Assembly (NCBI GenBank): GCA_964453505.1
Contig: CAYVPJ010000014.1
Location: 240 to 64,239, forward strand
Direction of reading: 5' to 3'
Length of the DNA: 64,000 nucleotides
DNA from: an uncultured Oscillospiraceae bacterium
Lineage (GTDB): Bacteria; Bacillota; Clostridia; Christensenellales; Aristaeellaceae
The notes below the pieces were generated by a model. It had not been told where the DNA came from. It was given only the letters and a program-made list of their open reading frames with translations, and ran no database searches. The translations under genes were made by a program, and so were the position numbers. This document shows, piece after piece, positions 48,247-56,017 of the stretch; position 1 is the stretch's first letter; every line of letters begins with the position of its first letter.

Positions 48247-48273
48247 ACAAAAACGCCACCCTGTCGGGCGGCG
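48247..48273 (-). terminator. Rho-independent terminator closing the AT-rich island genes
   Basis: Minus strand: CGCCGCCC-GACA-GGGTGGCG (one G-U pair) followed by TTTTTGT, about 50 nt after the stop at 48325. Confidence 0.6.
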
Positions 48274-48324
48274 CGGAAAGATAAAACCGTAATCAGGCGA
48301 ATTGATCAAAGCACATTATTTGTT

Positions 48325-48951
48325 TCACTCCGGGCGCTCAGGCATTCTTCCGTACAAGTCGTTCAATTCATCACCGTCGCAGTAACCAAGTAACGCGGAT
48401 ACATTCTGAAACAGTTCAGGAACGAGTCCGTAAGCGGTCATTCTTCCGTGCCCTTCGAGAACAATATAGCGTTCCTCAGCTTTGTCCGTCAAGAATATCA
48501 ACGGCGGAAAAGTGTAGCCATCTCGGATTTTTTGCGCGCCGCTCAGTGCCCTATCATTTGGAACGCCGTATATGGTCTTTCCCGATAATATGGTCTTAGC
48601 CGCCTCAAGCGGCGACCCAGTGTAATTCGATAGCTCGTTCCAATAACTATATTCTATATAGAAAATCTTACTGATATCTTCGGCATCAAACGCAGCCCAT
48701 ATCCAGTCGATTTTCTGCGGGAATCTTTCAAATATCTCAGAATCAGGATAACCTCTGAAGCGCCCAAGCACAATCTTTCTCAACGCGTTCTCATTGCTTG
48801 ACTGTTTATCGCCGTTTTCGATAAGCTTCCTATCAAGGTTCAGTTCCAGTAATACAGAGAGTATCTTTTCGGAATACCGATCAGAATCTATCTCCATTTT
48901 CAGAAACTCCAAAACCATTTCATCTTCATTTGATTGTTTGATTTTCCTCAT
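48325..48951 (-). CDS. Hypothetical protein in the AT-rich island
   Basis: RBS GAGGGA. 208 aa. AT-rich codon usage unlike the flanking genes. The segment YIVLEGHGRMTAY is faintly ParB/Srx-like, but I cannot assign a family. Confidence 0.6.
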   Translation of the reverse strand: MRKIKQSNEDEMVLEFLKMEIDSDRYSEKILSVLLELNLDRKLIENGDKQSSNENALRKIVLGRFRGYPDSEIFERFPQKIDWIWAAFDAEDISKIFYIEYSYWNELSNYTGSPLEAAKTILSGKTIYGVPNDRALSGAQKIRDGYTFPPLIFLTDKAEERYIVLEGHGRMTAYGLVPELFQNVSALLGYCDGDELNDLYGRMPERPE

Positions 48952-48958
48952 GTATCCC

Positions 48959-49237
48959 TCATAGCGCAGTGTTCAGTTTGCATTTTGGATAGCAAAACGC
49001 CATCGGATAATATGATCCAAATATCCCGACAAACACTGCGCATATCTCTTGTTGTGATGTGTGAAATCTATATTTTGCCTGTGCAATATCCGTATCTCCA
49101 ATCGTGTTCATCTGCATATTCCGATTTCCCGCGTCGCTCGTCCAATGTACAAATATAAAGTTATAAAGATAAATGATATTCTCATCAGGCGGGATTATCG
49201 TTTCTTTGCCGATAGTCTTACATTCATCAGTTCCCAT
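48959..49237 (-). CDS. Small hypothetical protein, start uncertain
   Basis: Stop is 8 nt upstream of the next gene's start. No convincing RBS at ATG 49237. Overlaps the upstream gene's 3' end by 11 nt. Could be a remnant. Confidence 0.3.
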   Translation of the reverse strand: MGTDECKTIGKETIIPPDENIIYLYNFIFVHWTSDAGNRNMQMNTIGDTDIAQAKYRFHTSQQEICAVFVGIFGSYYPMAFCYPKCKLNTAL

Positions 49238-49955
49238 ACTGATGTGGAACATACGGCAGAATTGCCCATGTAACATCATCTGCGGATATGTTTTTCGCCT
49301 CAAGGCTGCGATAACCGACCGTTGCTTCTTCGCAGGGATACTCCCGACAATCAAAGCAGGTTTTTTTGTTTTTTCTTTTTAGGCAGTTGATTGGCGGACA
49401 TGTTTCGCTTCCGTCTTGATAGCACTGACAACCCGGCGTGTCACACCCGGTACAGCGCATATCCCAGTTTGTGCTTCCATACACTGCCGTCAGATGTGGT
49501 ATCAGCATCGTTCTGAAATCATCCGCGATGCCTGTGAAATGCACGCACTGATCACAGCGGTGTCCGCACTTGCCGTATAGCGCCTTCTCTTTTGATGAAG
49601 GTTTACGGTTAGGCTTCTTTTTGAGCACTATCAGCTTTTTGACATTTTCCAGCGTGGGTAAATCATCTACGCGTATCAAAAGCCACTTACCGTCATGAAG
49701 CGTCCTCTCATTGTCGTATAAGTCCTGTATCTCTTTCGAAAACTCATTTCGCTGTTCTTCAAATTTCTGTCGTTCAGCCATGCCAAAGACTATAAGGAAG
49801 TCTAAATAATCAGGGTGAAGAAGCACCGTAACAATCGTTTTACTTCCCTGGCGAAATCGCACACACCGATTGCCGGAGTGCACGCCTGCCACCTCGTCCA
49901 AACGATATTGCCCACGCAAAAACTTAATAGTCTCCCGAACAACTTTTTCGTACAT
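49227..49955 (-). CDS. DUF3788-like + DUF3795-like Cys-rich fusion protein
   Basis: ATG at 49955. N-terminal half matches my recollection of the DUF3788 pattern (FLIVFGMAERQKF ... DGKWLLIRVDD ... LIVLKKKP). C-terminal half is Cys-rich: CGHRCDQCVH ... CTGCDTPGCQC ... CPPINCLKRKNKKTCFDCREYPC. Confidence 0.6.
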   Translation of the reverse strand: MYEKVVRETIKFLRGQYRLDEVAGVHSGNRCVRFRQGSKTIVTVLLHPDYLDFLIVFGMAERQKFEEQRNEFSKEIQDLYDNERTLHDGKWLLIRVDDLPTLENVKKLIVLKKKPNRKPSSKEKALYGKCGHRCDQCVHFTGIADDFRTMLIPHLTAVYGSTNWDMRCTGCDTPGCQCYQDGSETCPPINCLKRKNKKTCFDCREYPCEEATVGYRSLEAKNISADDVTWAILPYVPHQYGN

Positions 49956-50261
49956 GCTAATACGCCCCCATTTGTATATTGTCTTTCGGTTGCGTTGGCA
50001 CACGCATAATCAACTTGGTCTGCATATTTTGTGTCTCCATGCCCGTCTGTGCCATAGTATCATTGTTGCGATTACTACAGTGCCTTGTATCCGTTCACCT
50101 TTTTCATAACTTTCTATCCATTCCGGCCTTCATTAAATCAAATAAACGGTTTGGGGTTTTGCTCCCAAACTTTATGATTGGATATAGCGCTTGCACCCGA
50201 ATAATCAGGACTTCCGTAATGACTTGTACCTGCAGTAGATTTTGTGATATTTCTAAGCAAA

Positions 50262-50819
50262 CTAATATTCCAGAAATCCTTCTAATATTATGTCAGAGTT
50301 GTTCTTTCTTAAGTTCATACTTAGCATTTCCTGATGGATTATTTCCTTAACGCCTTCAGTTTTTATTGAGATCGTACCGTTTGTTTTCTTAATCAAATTT
50401 TCATATGGTTTACCTTTGGCTAGTTGCTCTGCCATATTAAACATTTCTTTACCTTTCCTCTCTATATACAAAAAGTCGTAAAATTGCAAAAACGGTACGA
50501 AGTCTATAGCAATCCATAATGCAATGATCCAAATAACAATATAGTTATCGTTATAGTGCGACATAGCATATTCAACTACATCACCAAACAGCTCGTCAAA
50601 ATCAAACACAATACTGTCGTATCCTTTTGCCATTTGATGAGGATTATGCATGTAGAACGATTGCTCTTCAATATACCAGTATAATTCTGATATAACTAAC
50701 AGATCAAATTCAAAGTTACCACACATTATCGGCCCATTTCGTAATACATCGATCGACTCGTTCCATAATCCTGCATTTTGCAGTTCAGCTATTTTGTCTT
50801 TATACTGAACAATATCCAT
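50262..50819 (-). CDS. Hypothetical protein in the AT-rich island
   Basis: Strong RBS GGAGGAG 6 nt upstream of the ATG. 185 aa, acidic and aromatic-rich. No family recognised. Confidence 0.6.
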   Translation of the reverse strand: MDIVQYKDKIAELQNAGLWNESIDVLRNGPIMCGNFEFDLLVISELYWYIEEQSFYMHNPHQMAKGYDSIVFDFDELFGDVVEYAMSHYNDNYIVIWIIALWIAIDFVPFLQFYDFLYIERKGKEMFNMAEQLAKGKPYENLIKKTNGTISIKTEGVKEIIHQEMLSMNLRKNNSDIILEGFLEY

Positions 50820-51332
50820 GTCTGCTCCTCCTATCGCTTGGGATACACGTCAGACAACCAATACACTTTCATCATATTCTTCGATTGAGAATCTCTTTCT
50901 ATAGTACCGCCTTTATCAATATATCAAATAAGATTACTATGATAAAAGGCGAGAGAATTTCTGCCAGTCAATAATCTGTCAGAATTAGTGCTCCTACAGA
51001 TTGCGCAGTTGTAACACCTGCTCCGCAGATAATGCGACCCAGTCTCCTCGTCCCTGTATACCGGCAACATCTGAACAGATTCGGCGCTGCCAACGTCTCG
51101 TATTCAGTTTTCAAAATACAGCAGCCTGTGGACTCATCTGTATATTTGTTTAGAAAAGTATACACCAATTCTTCACATTAATCAATACAAATATGCGGAA
51201 ACAGTATAACAGACTTTTTATCGGAATGAGGAGCACAAAAAGTAACCCGACGGCAATGCAAGCCGTTATCGCTCACTTTGAAAAAGGCGAATCCGCAGGC
51301 TGTCCGGCGCATAACAGTCTATAACGCCCGCC

Positions 51333-51361
51333 TTGACAGAACGACGGAGAAACGCTATATT
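51333..51361 (+). promoter_or_regulatory. Consensus-like sigma-A promoter (TTGACA, 17 nt, TATATT) pointing into the 3' end of the ldt gene
   Basis: Exact -35 hexamer at 51333-51338, a 17-nt spacer, and TATATT at 51356-51361. No plus-strand gene lies downstream. Confidence 0.3.
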
Positions 51362-51453
51362 GCTATCGCCTGCGGAGACGGGGATTCAGGAATCTCTTAC
51401 TTCGCCGCGGAAGCCGCATATACATATATTTTGAATGCTTCCCAATGCGGTGT

Positions 51454-52146
51454 TTACTCGGCGTATATAACTATAACCGCCTCGTCTCCGAGTTTTTGCA
51501 TTAGTCTGATCATGTCGTCGCGGTCGACGGCTATGCATCCGCTCGTGTAAGTCTTTTTGCCTTTACAATGGAGAAAGATCGCAGAGCCGGCGTTTTCAAC
51601 GCCCTCTTTGTTGTATTCGATAAACAGGGCATACGCATATTCATTCGGGTAATCGATAAGATGCTCGTCGTTCGAAGTCGGTTCGTAGTCGGCGCGCACG
51701 CTTAAGTCGATCAGTCGATTGTAATCCAATGTGCCCGAAGCGCCCGACCAGTAATGCCGATCTGTCACTTGCACATATCCCGCCATGCGCGCGCCCGGAT
51801 CTTCAAGTATGCCAAACGGTGTGCTGAGGCAAAACACGCCTTCGGGCGTCTTTTTGTCGCCCTCCTTCGTCTTGCCCAGACCGTTTGCGCCTATGAACGC
51901 GTTCGCGTTAAGGCTCGCCGACCACGTTCCGTCTTCCTGTTTCTCGTAAAGCGTCAGCAGCGCCGATGCGCCTTCCGTCCAAGCTACGCCCACAATCTGC
52001 GTCGCATTCAAAGACGCTTCAAGCGTCGCTTCCGGCAAACAGGATCGATCCGCTTGCGCAAAACACGGCTGCACGGTCAATAACAGCGCCAGCAGCAGAG
52101 TTATCATAAAATCAGCTATCGCCAAAACTCTTTGGGATGAACGCAT
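51454..52146 (-). CDS. L,D-transpeptidase (YkuD/ErfK family)
   Basis: Signal/anchor FMITLLLALLLTVQPCFA. Catalytic motif GSAIFLHCKGKKTYTSGCIAV (His ... Gly-Cys). Confidence 0.85.
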   Translation of the reverse strand: MRSSQRVLAIADFMITLLLALLLTVQPCFAQADRSCLPEATLEASLNATQIVGVAWTEGASALLTLYEKQEDGTWSASLNANAFIGANGLGKTKEGDKKTPEGVFCLSTPFGILEDPGARMAGYVQVTDRHYWSGASGTLDYNRLIDLSVRADYEPTSNDEHLIDYPNEYAYALFIEYNKEGVENAGSAIFLHCKGKKTYTSGCIAVDRDDMIRLMQKLGDEAVIVIYAE

Positions 52147-52429
52147 ATCAATTTTTGCCTCTCTCCACAGTATTACATCGCCGCGGTCTCGCGGCGGCGC
52201 GTTTTGTCTTTTATTTTACTCTGCAGTGTCCGCAAAATGTCAACAAAACCGCGGGCGGTATCATAATGCGCGAAAAATTTACATTATACAGTCGCGCGGT
52301 TTGTCGAAACGACATGAAATGCGGCGGTTTGTGCGATGGCAGCTTGAACGTATCACACAAATGCTGTATACTGTATCGGACGGTAAACATTTTAATCTAT
52401 GCCCTACAAAATAGAATGGAGACGAACCG

Positions 52430-53731
52430 ATGGGCTTTCTGGCGAACGCCACGATAGATCTGACGGCAATCGTCGTCGTTTTCTTGCTTTATGTGAGCGG
52501 AAAGCGCGACCGGCAGACGGATTTCCGCCAGTCGATTTTCGATAAAATGATCCTGTGCCTGATATGTTTTCTGTCAGTCGATCTCTGCGCCTGGTATGTG
52601 GACGGAAAAGACTTCGTTTTCGCGAATGCCGTTCAAATGACGCTCAATTCTTTGGTGTGGCTGACTCAAGCAGCGTTATCATTCCTCTGGCTTATATACG
52701 TTGAATACTGGGTCGATTCATCAGAACGCCAAATCGCGAAGCGGATAAAGATATACGCGATACCGCTCATATTGGAAATCGGCTTGTTGACGGCGAACGC
52801 TTTCACCAAATGGCTGTTCTATATAAACGATCAACACGCGTATACGCACGGTGCGCTATATCCGCACATATTGATTGTCTTTTATGTGTATGGCATATAT
52901 GCGTGCATCATAACGATGAAGGCGTTTTTTTCGGCGAAGGACGCGGAACAAAAAAAGAATTGTCTTTGGATGTCAGGCTTTATGGCGTTGCCGTGCGCGT
53001 TTTCCGTGGTTCGAGTGTTCACGTATGGCATTTCTTTGATTTCGCCGATTTATGCGCTTTCATTGCTTATGGTCTACTTAAACGTTCACCAGCAGCGCAT
53101 GATTCAGGAGAGAAATAAAGTGGCGCAGCGGGACGCCGATTTGCAGCGGGCAAAAATATCGATCATGTTGAGCCAAATTCAGCCCCACTTTCTTTATAAC
53201 GCGCTCTGCGTAATTCAAGATTTGTGTCACGACGCAGCGCCGGAGGCGGAGAAGGCTACAATCGCGTTTTCGCGCTTTCTGCGCGGCAATTTAGACTCGC
53301 TCAAAGCGGACAAACCTATCCCGTTTTTACAGGAACTCGATCACACAAAATATTATCTGACGCTCGAGGGTATGCGCTTCGGGCAGCGCCTAAAGGTGGA
53401 ATACGACATACAGGCGGATTGTTTTCAAGTGCCGGCTATGTCGCTTCAGCCAATCGTCGAAAACGCGGTGCGCTACGGTGTGATGAAGCGCGAAACGGGG
53501 GGCACTGTCAAAATATGCGCGGCCGAACTTGAGAAGAATTTTGTGATAACCGTCGAAGACGACGGCATTGGCTTCGACCCGGGTCAGAAACACGACGACG
53601 GGCGCACGCATATCGGCATAGACAACGTGCGCCAGCGCCTGCGTGAAATGTGTTCGGGCGATCTGAAGATTGCAAGTATGCCTAGCGCGGGCACAATCGC
53701 GACGATCCTTATACCAAAGGAGGGCTGTTGA
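52430..53731 (+). CDS. LytS/YehU-type sensor histidine kinase with a polytopic N-terminal sensor domain
   Basis: Six or seven TM helices. His_kinase motif IQPHFLYNALCVI. HATPase region PIVENAVRYG, VEDDGIGF, HIGIDNVRQRL. RBS GGAGA. Confidence 0.85.
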   Translation: MGFLANATIDLTAIVVVFLLYVSGKRDRQTDFRQSIFDKMILCLICFLSVDLCAWYVDGKDFVFANAVQMTLNSLVWLTQAALSFLWLIYVEYWVDSSERQIAKRIKIYAIPLILEIGLLTANAFTKWLFYINDQHAYTHGALYPHILIVFYVYGIYACIITMKAFFSAKDAEQKKNCLWMSGFMALPCAFSVVRVFTYGISLISPIYALSLLMVYLNVHQQRMIQERNKVAQRDADLQRAKISIMLSQIQPHFLYNALCVIQDLCHDAAPEAEKATIAFSRFLRGNLDSLKADKPIPFLQELDHTKYYLTLEGMRFGQRLKVEYDIQADCFQVPAMSLQPIVENAVRYGVMKRETGGTVKICAAELEKNFVITVEDDGIGFDPGQKHDDGRTHIGIDNVRQRLREMCSGDLKIASMPSAGTIATILIPKEGC

Positions 53732-53732
53732 A

Positions 53733-54542
53733 ATGCTGATATACGCGGTTGACGACGAAAGAACGGCGCTGAATATACTGACGCGCGCTATCAAAGACGC
53801 GGTGCCCGACGCGGAGCTTCATACGTTTCAAACCGTTTCCGACATGATCGCGCGATTAAACAGCGAGCATGAAACGCCCGACGTGGCGTTTCTTGATATA
53901 GAAATGCCCGGCATGACGGGAATCGAATTGGCGCGGCTCATAAAGGTGAGCGCGCCTAAGGTGAACATAATCTTCGTGACGGGTTTTTCCAAGTATGCGT
54001 TGGACGCGATGGCGGTGCGACCGAGCGGATATATTATGAAGCCCGTCGATAAAGATCAGATTCTCGGCGAGCTTCGGAATCTGCGCAATCCTCCGTCGCG
54101 AACAATCCCGGACAAGCGCATTCGCATACAATGCTTCGGCGATTTCGAGATTTTTGCGGATGGGCGCGCGGTCGCGTTTACCAGAAGCAAAGCGAAGGAA
54201 ATGCTCGCGTATCTGGTTGATCGACGCGGGGCGAACTGCGCAAGCGCGAAGATCGCCGACGCGCTGTGGGAAGACGGCGTATACGACCGCGCCCGACAAA
54301 AGTTGTTCTCAACGATATATGCGGACATGATCAAATCTCTAAAACGGGTGGACGCCTCGCACATCGTGAAAAAGACTAACAACATGATTGCCATTGACCC
54401 AAATGCGTTCGATTGCGACTACTATTCGGCGCTGCTCGGCGATGCGGTCAGCGTCAACAGCTTCATGGGCGAGTATATGGCGGCGTATTCGTGGGCGGAG
54501 TTCACAACGGCGGCGTTATCCGTAAATCTGTCGCCGGAGTAA
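53733..54542 (+). CDS. Response regulator: REC + SARP/OmpR-type winged-helix DNA-binding domain
   Basis: ATG lies 8 nt after AAGGAGGG. Receiver motifs MLIYAVDDE and FLDIEMPGMTG. C-terminal IRIQCFGDFEIFADGRAVAFTRSKAKEMLAYLVDRRG ... IADALWED is SARP-like. Confidence 0.8.
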   Translation: MLIYAVDDERTALNILTRAIKDAVPDAELHTFQTVSDMIARLNSEHETPDVAFLDIEMPGMTGIELARLIKVSAPKVNIIFVTGFSKYALDAMAVRPSGYIMKPVDKDQILGELRNLRNPPSRTIPDKRIRIQCFGDFEIFADGRAVAFTRSKAKEMLAYLVDRRGANCASAKIADALWEDGVYDRARQKLFSTIYADMIKSLKRVDASHIVKKTNNMIAIDPNAFDCDYYSALLGDAVSVNSFMGEYMAAYSWAEFTTAALSVNLSPE

Positions 54543-54577
54543 CGCGAACAAACATAACAGAAAATTCTTGATTGACT

Positions 54578-54606
54578 CTCGGATTTCTTGATCCGAGGGT
54601 TTTTTG
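54578..54606 (+). terminator. Rho-independent terminator
   Basis: CTCGGAT-TTCTTG-ATCCGAG followed by GGTTTTTTG. Confidence 0.8.
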
Positions 54607-54625
54607 TGGACATTTTGTGGACATT
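54604..54625 (+). promoter_or_regulatory. Exact tandem 11-nt direct repeat TTGTGGACATT x2, candidate response-regulator operator
   Basis: Two identical 11-nt units head to tail, giving one helical turn of periodicity. They lie 6-10 nt upstream of -10-like TATTCT/CTTAAT and about 115 nt upstream of the 54742 ATG. Confidence 0.5.
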
Positions 54626-54741
54626 CGCAGTTATTCTTAATGCGCGACGATGCGGAGACGTCTATCGGGTATACGAATGAGCGATTGAAGATATGACAGT
54701 AATCCCACGTTCGAAGCACTACAAAAACGAGGAGGGCACTT

Positions 54742-55347
54742 ATGAAGACGGACTTGCTTCCGATTACACAAACCCCTGAAAAAATCGCGGACGCGCTCGA
54801 TAAGATCGAATTGATAGCGTTATACACGGGAATGCCGCGCAGGGACGCTACCAGTATGCGCCTTTTGGCGGAGGAACTGTTAAGCGCGACAAAAGACATT
54901 CTGGCGGCGTATGAGGGACGGCTCTGGATGGAGACGAGCGAAACGCAGTTTACGCTTCACATGAGCGTAGCAAGACCCGCGAACAAAGCGGATCGGGAAA
55001 CGCTGATCGCGCTTTCGAAGAACGGCGAGATAACGCCTCCAAAGGGCTTGTTCTCGCGCCTCGGGTCGGCAATGAGCAAGTTTCTGACGCTGGACGACGA
55101 CGAACTGTATTCAGACACATTCGCGGATTATGCCATGTTCGCCGGAGTCATACACGGAGAACAGACAATACCAATGTATACATATCATTATATACCGCGC
55201 GCCGAACCGAAGTCTAACGAGCCAAACAAGCCGATAGACGAACTGAGCGGCATCGAAAAGAGCATTATAGACGCGATTGTGGACGATATTCAAGTGACGG
55301 TCAAGAGCGGCAATATAGAGATAATCGCAATAAAGAACTTAAAGTGA
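54742..55347 (+). CDS. Hypothetical protein with a degenerate RsbW/SpoIIAB-like (HATPase-fold) pattern
   Basis: RBS GAGGAGGG. SMRLLAEELLSATKDIL resembles the anti-sigma kinase helix, but the N-box Asn is absent. C-terminal GIEKSIIDAIVDDIQVTVKSGNIEIIAIKNL resembles the terminal G2/beta region. No DxGxG motif. Confidence 0.4.
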   Translation: MKTDLLPITQTPEKIADALDKIELIALYTGMPRRDATSMRLLAEELLSATKDILAAYEGRLWMETSETQFTLHMSVARPANKADRETLIALSKNGEITPPKGLFSRLGSAMSKFLTLDDDELYSDTFADYAMFAGVIHGEQTIPMYTYHYIPRAEPKSNEPNKPIDELSGIEKSIIDAIVDDIQVTVKSGNIEIIAIKNLK

Positions 55348-55361
55348 AAGAGGCGCTGATC

Positions 55362-55658
55362 ATGAAGATTGACAAAACGCAGAACGGATGCGAACTCGTT
55401 ATAGCATTAACGGGACGGCTTGACACGACCACCGCTCCCGATTTGGAGAAAGAAGCGAACGCTTCGCTTTCCGGAATCACGAATCTGACGATCGACTTTT
55501 CGAAACTCGACTATATATCAAGCGCGGGGCTGCGAGTGCTTCTCGCCATGCAAAAAACCATGAACAAACAAGGCAAAATGAACGTGAAGAACGCAAATGA
55601 AAATGTGCGCGAGGTGTTTGAGATTACGGGGTTCAGCGATATTCTGACGATAGAGTAA
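55362..55658 (+). CDS. STAS-domain protein (anti-sigma-factor-antagonist family)
   Basis: ATG lies 8 nt after AAAGAGG. Motifs LTGRLDTTTAPDLEKE and IDFSKLDYISSAGLRVLLAMQK (conserved Ser position). Ends FEITGFSDILTIE. Confidence 0.85.
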   Translation: MKIDKTQNGCELVIALTGRLDTTTAPDLEKEANASLSGITNLTIDFSKLDYISSAGLRVLLAMQKTMNKQGKMNVKNANENVREVFEITGFSDILTIE

Positions 55659-55689
55659 TTTGCGCGAGCGTTTGGCAGGGGAGGCGCGA

Positions 55690-55989
55690 ATGATTACGAT
55701 AAATACACGCGCGGACGGAACTGCACTGACGATATATGTTTCCGGACGGGTAGACAGCATTACCGCCCCCGAGCTGGATAAAAGAATCAGCGAAGCGCTT
55801 CCGGGCTGCGAACGACTGATACTTGATTTCGCGGGCCTTGAGTACATCTCAAGCGCCGGCTTACGAATACTGATGTCGCTTGCGAAGACGATGAACAGAT
55901 TGGGCGGCATGAAGTTTCGAAACGTCGCGGAAAGCGTGAGCGAGATATTCGAGCTTACGGGATTGCTCGCCGTGTTTGACGTTGAATAG
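55690..55989 (+). CDS. STAS-domain protein, second copy
   Basis: ATG follows GGGGAGG. Motifs VSGRVDSITAPELDKR and LDFAGLEYISSAGLRILMSLAK. Ends FELTGLLAVFDVE. Confidence 0.85.
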   Translation: MITINTRADGTALTIYVSGRVDSITAPELDKRISEALPGCERLILDFAGLEYISSAGLRILMSLAKTMNRLGGMKFRNVAESVSEIFELTGLLAVFDVE

Positions 55990-56017
55990 CATCAACCAAT
56001 ATTCGGAGGAGGCTGTT

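Noticed and set aside
50968-51168. 66-aa Cys-rich ORF (…GCCILK…FRCCRYTG…IICGAG…) that could be a RiPP precursor.
   Set aside because: It has no RBS. There is no adjacent maturation enzyme (radical SAM, LanM, cyclodehydratase), transporter or protease. It lies in apparently decayed sequence.
48274-51250. Calling the AT-rich island a mobile element or prophage remnant.
   Set aside because: No integrase, transposase, recombinase, tRNA attachment site or terminal repeats could be identified by eye. It is reported only as a compositional island.
51225-51326. 33-codon ORF (MRSTKSNPTAMQAVIAHFEKGESAGCPAHNSL) preceded by GGAATGAGG.
   Set aside because: It is too short and has no recognisable family. 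Most likely it is the 5' remnant of a deleted gene.
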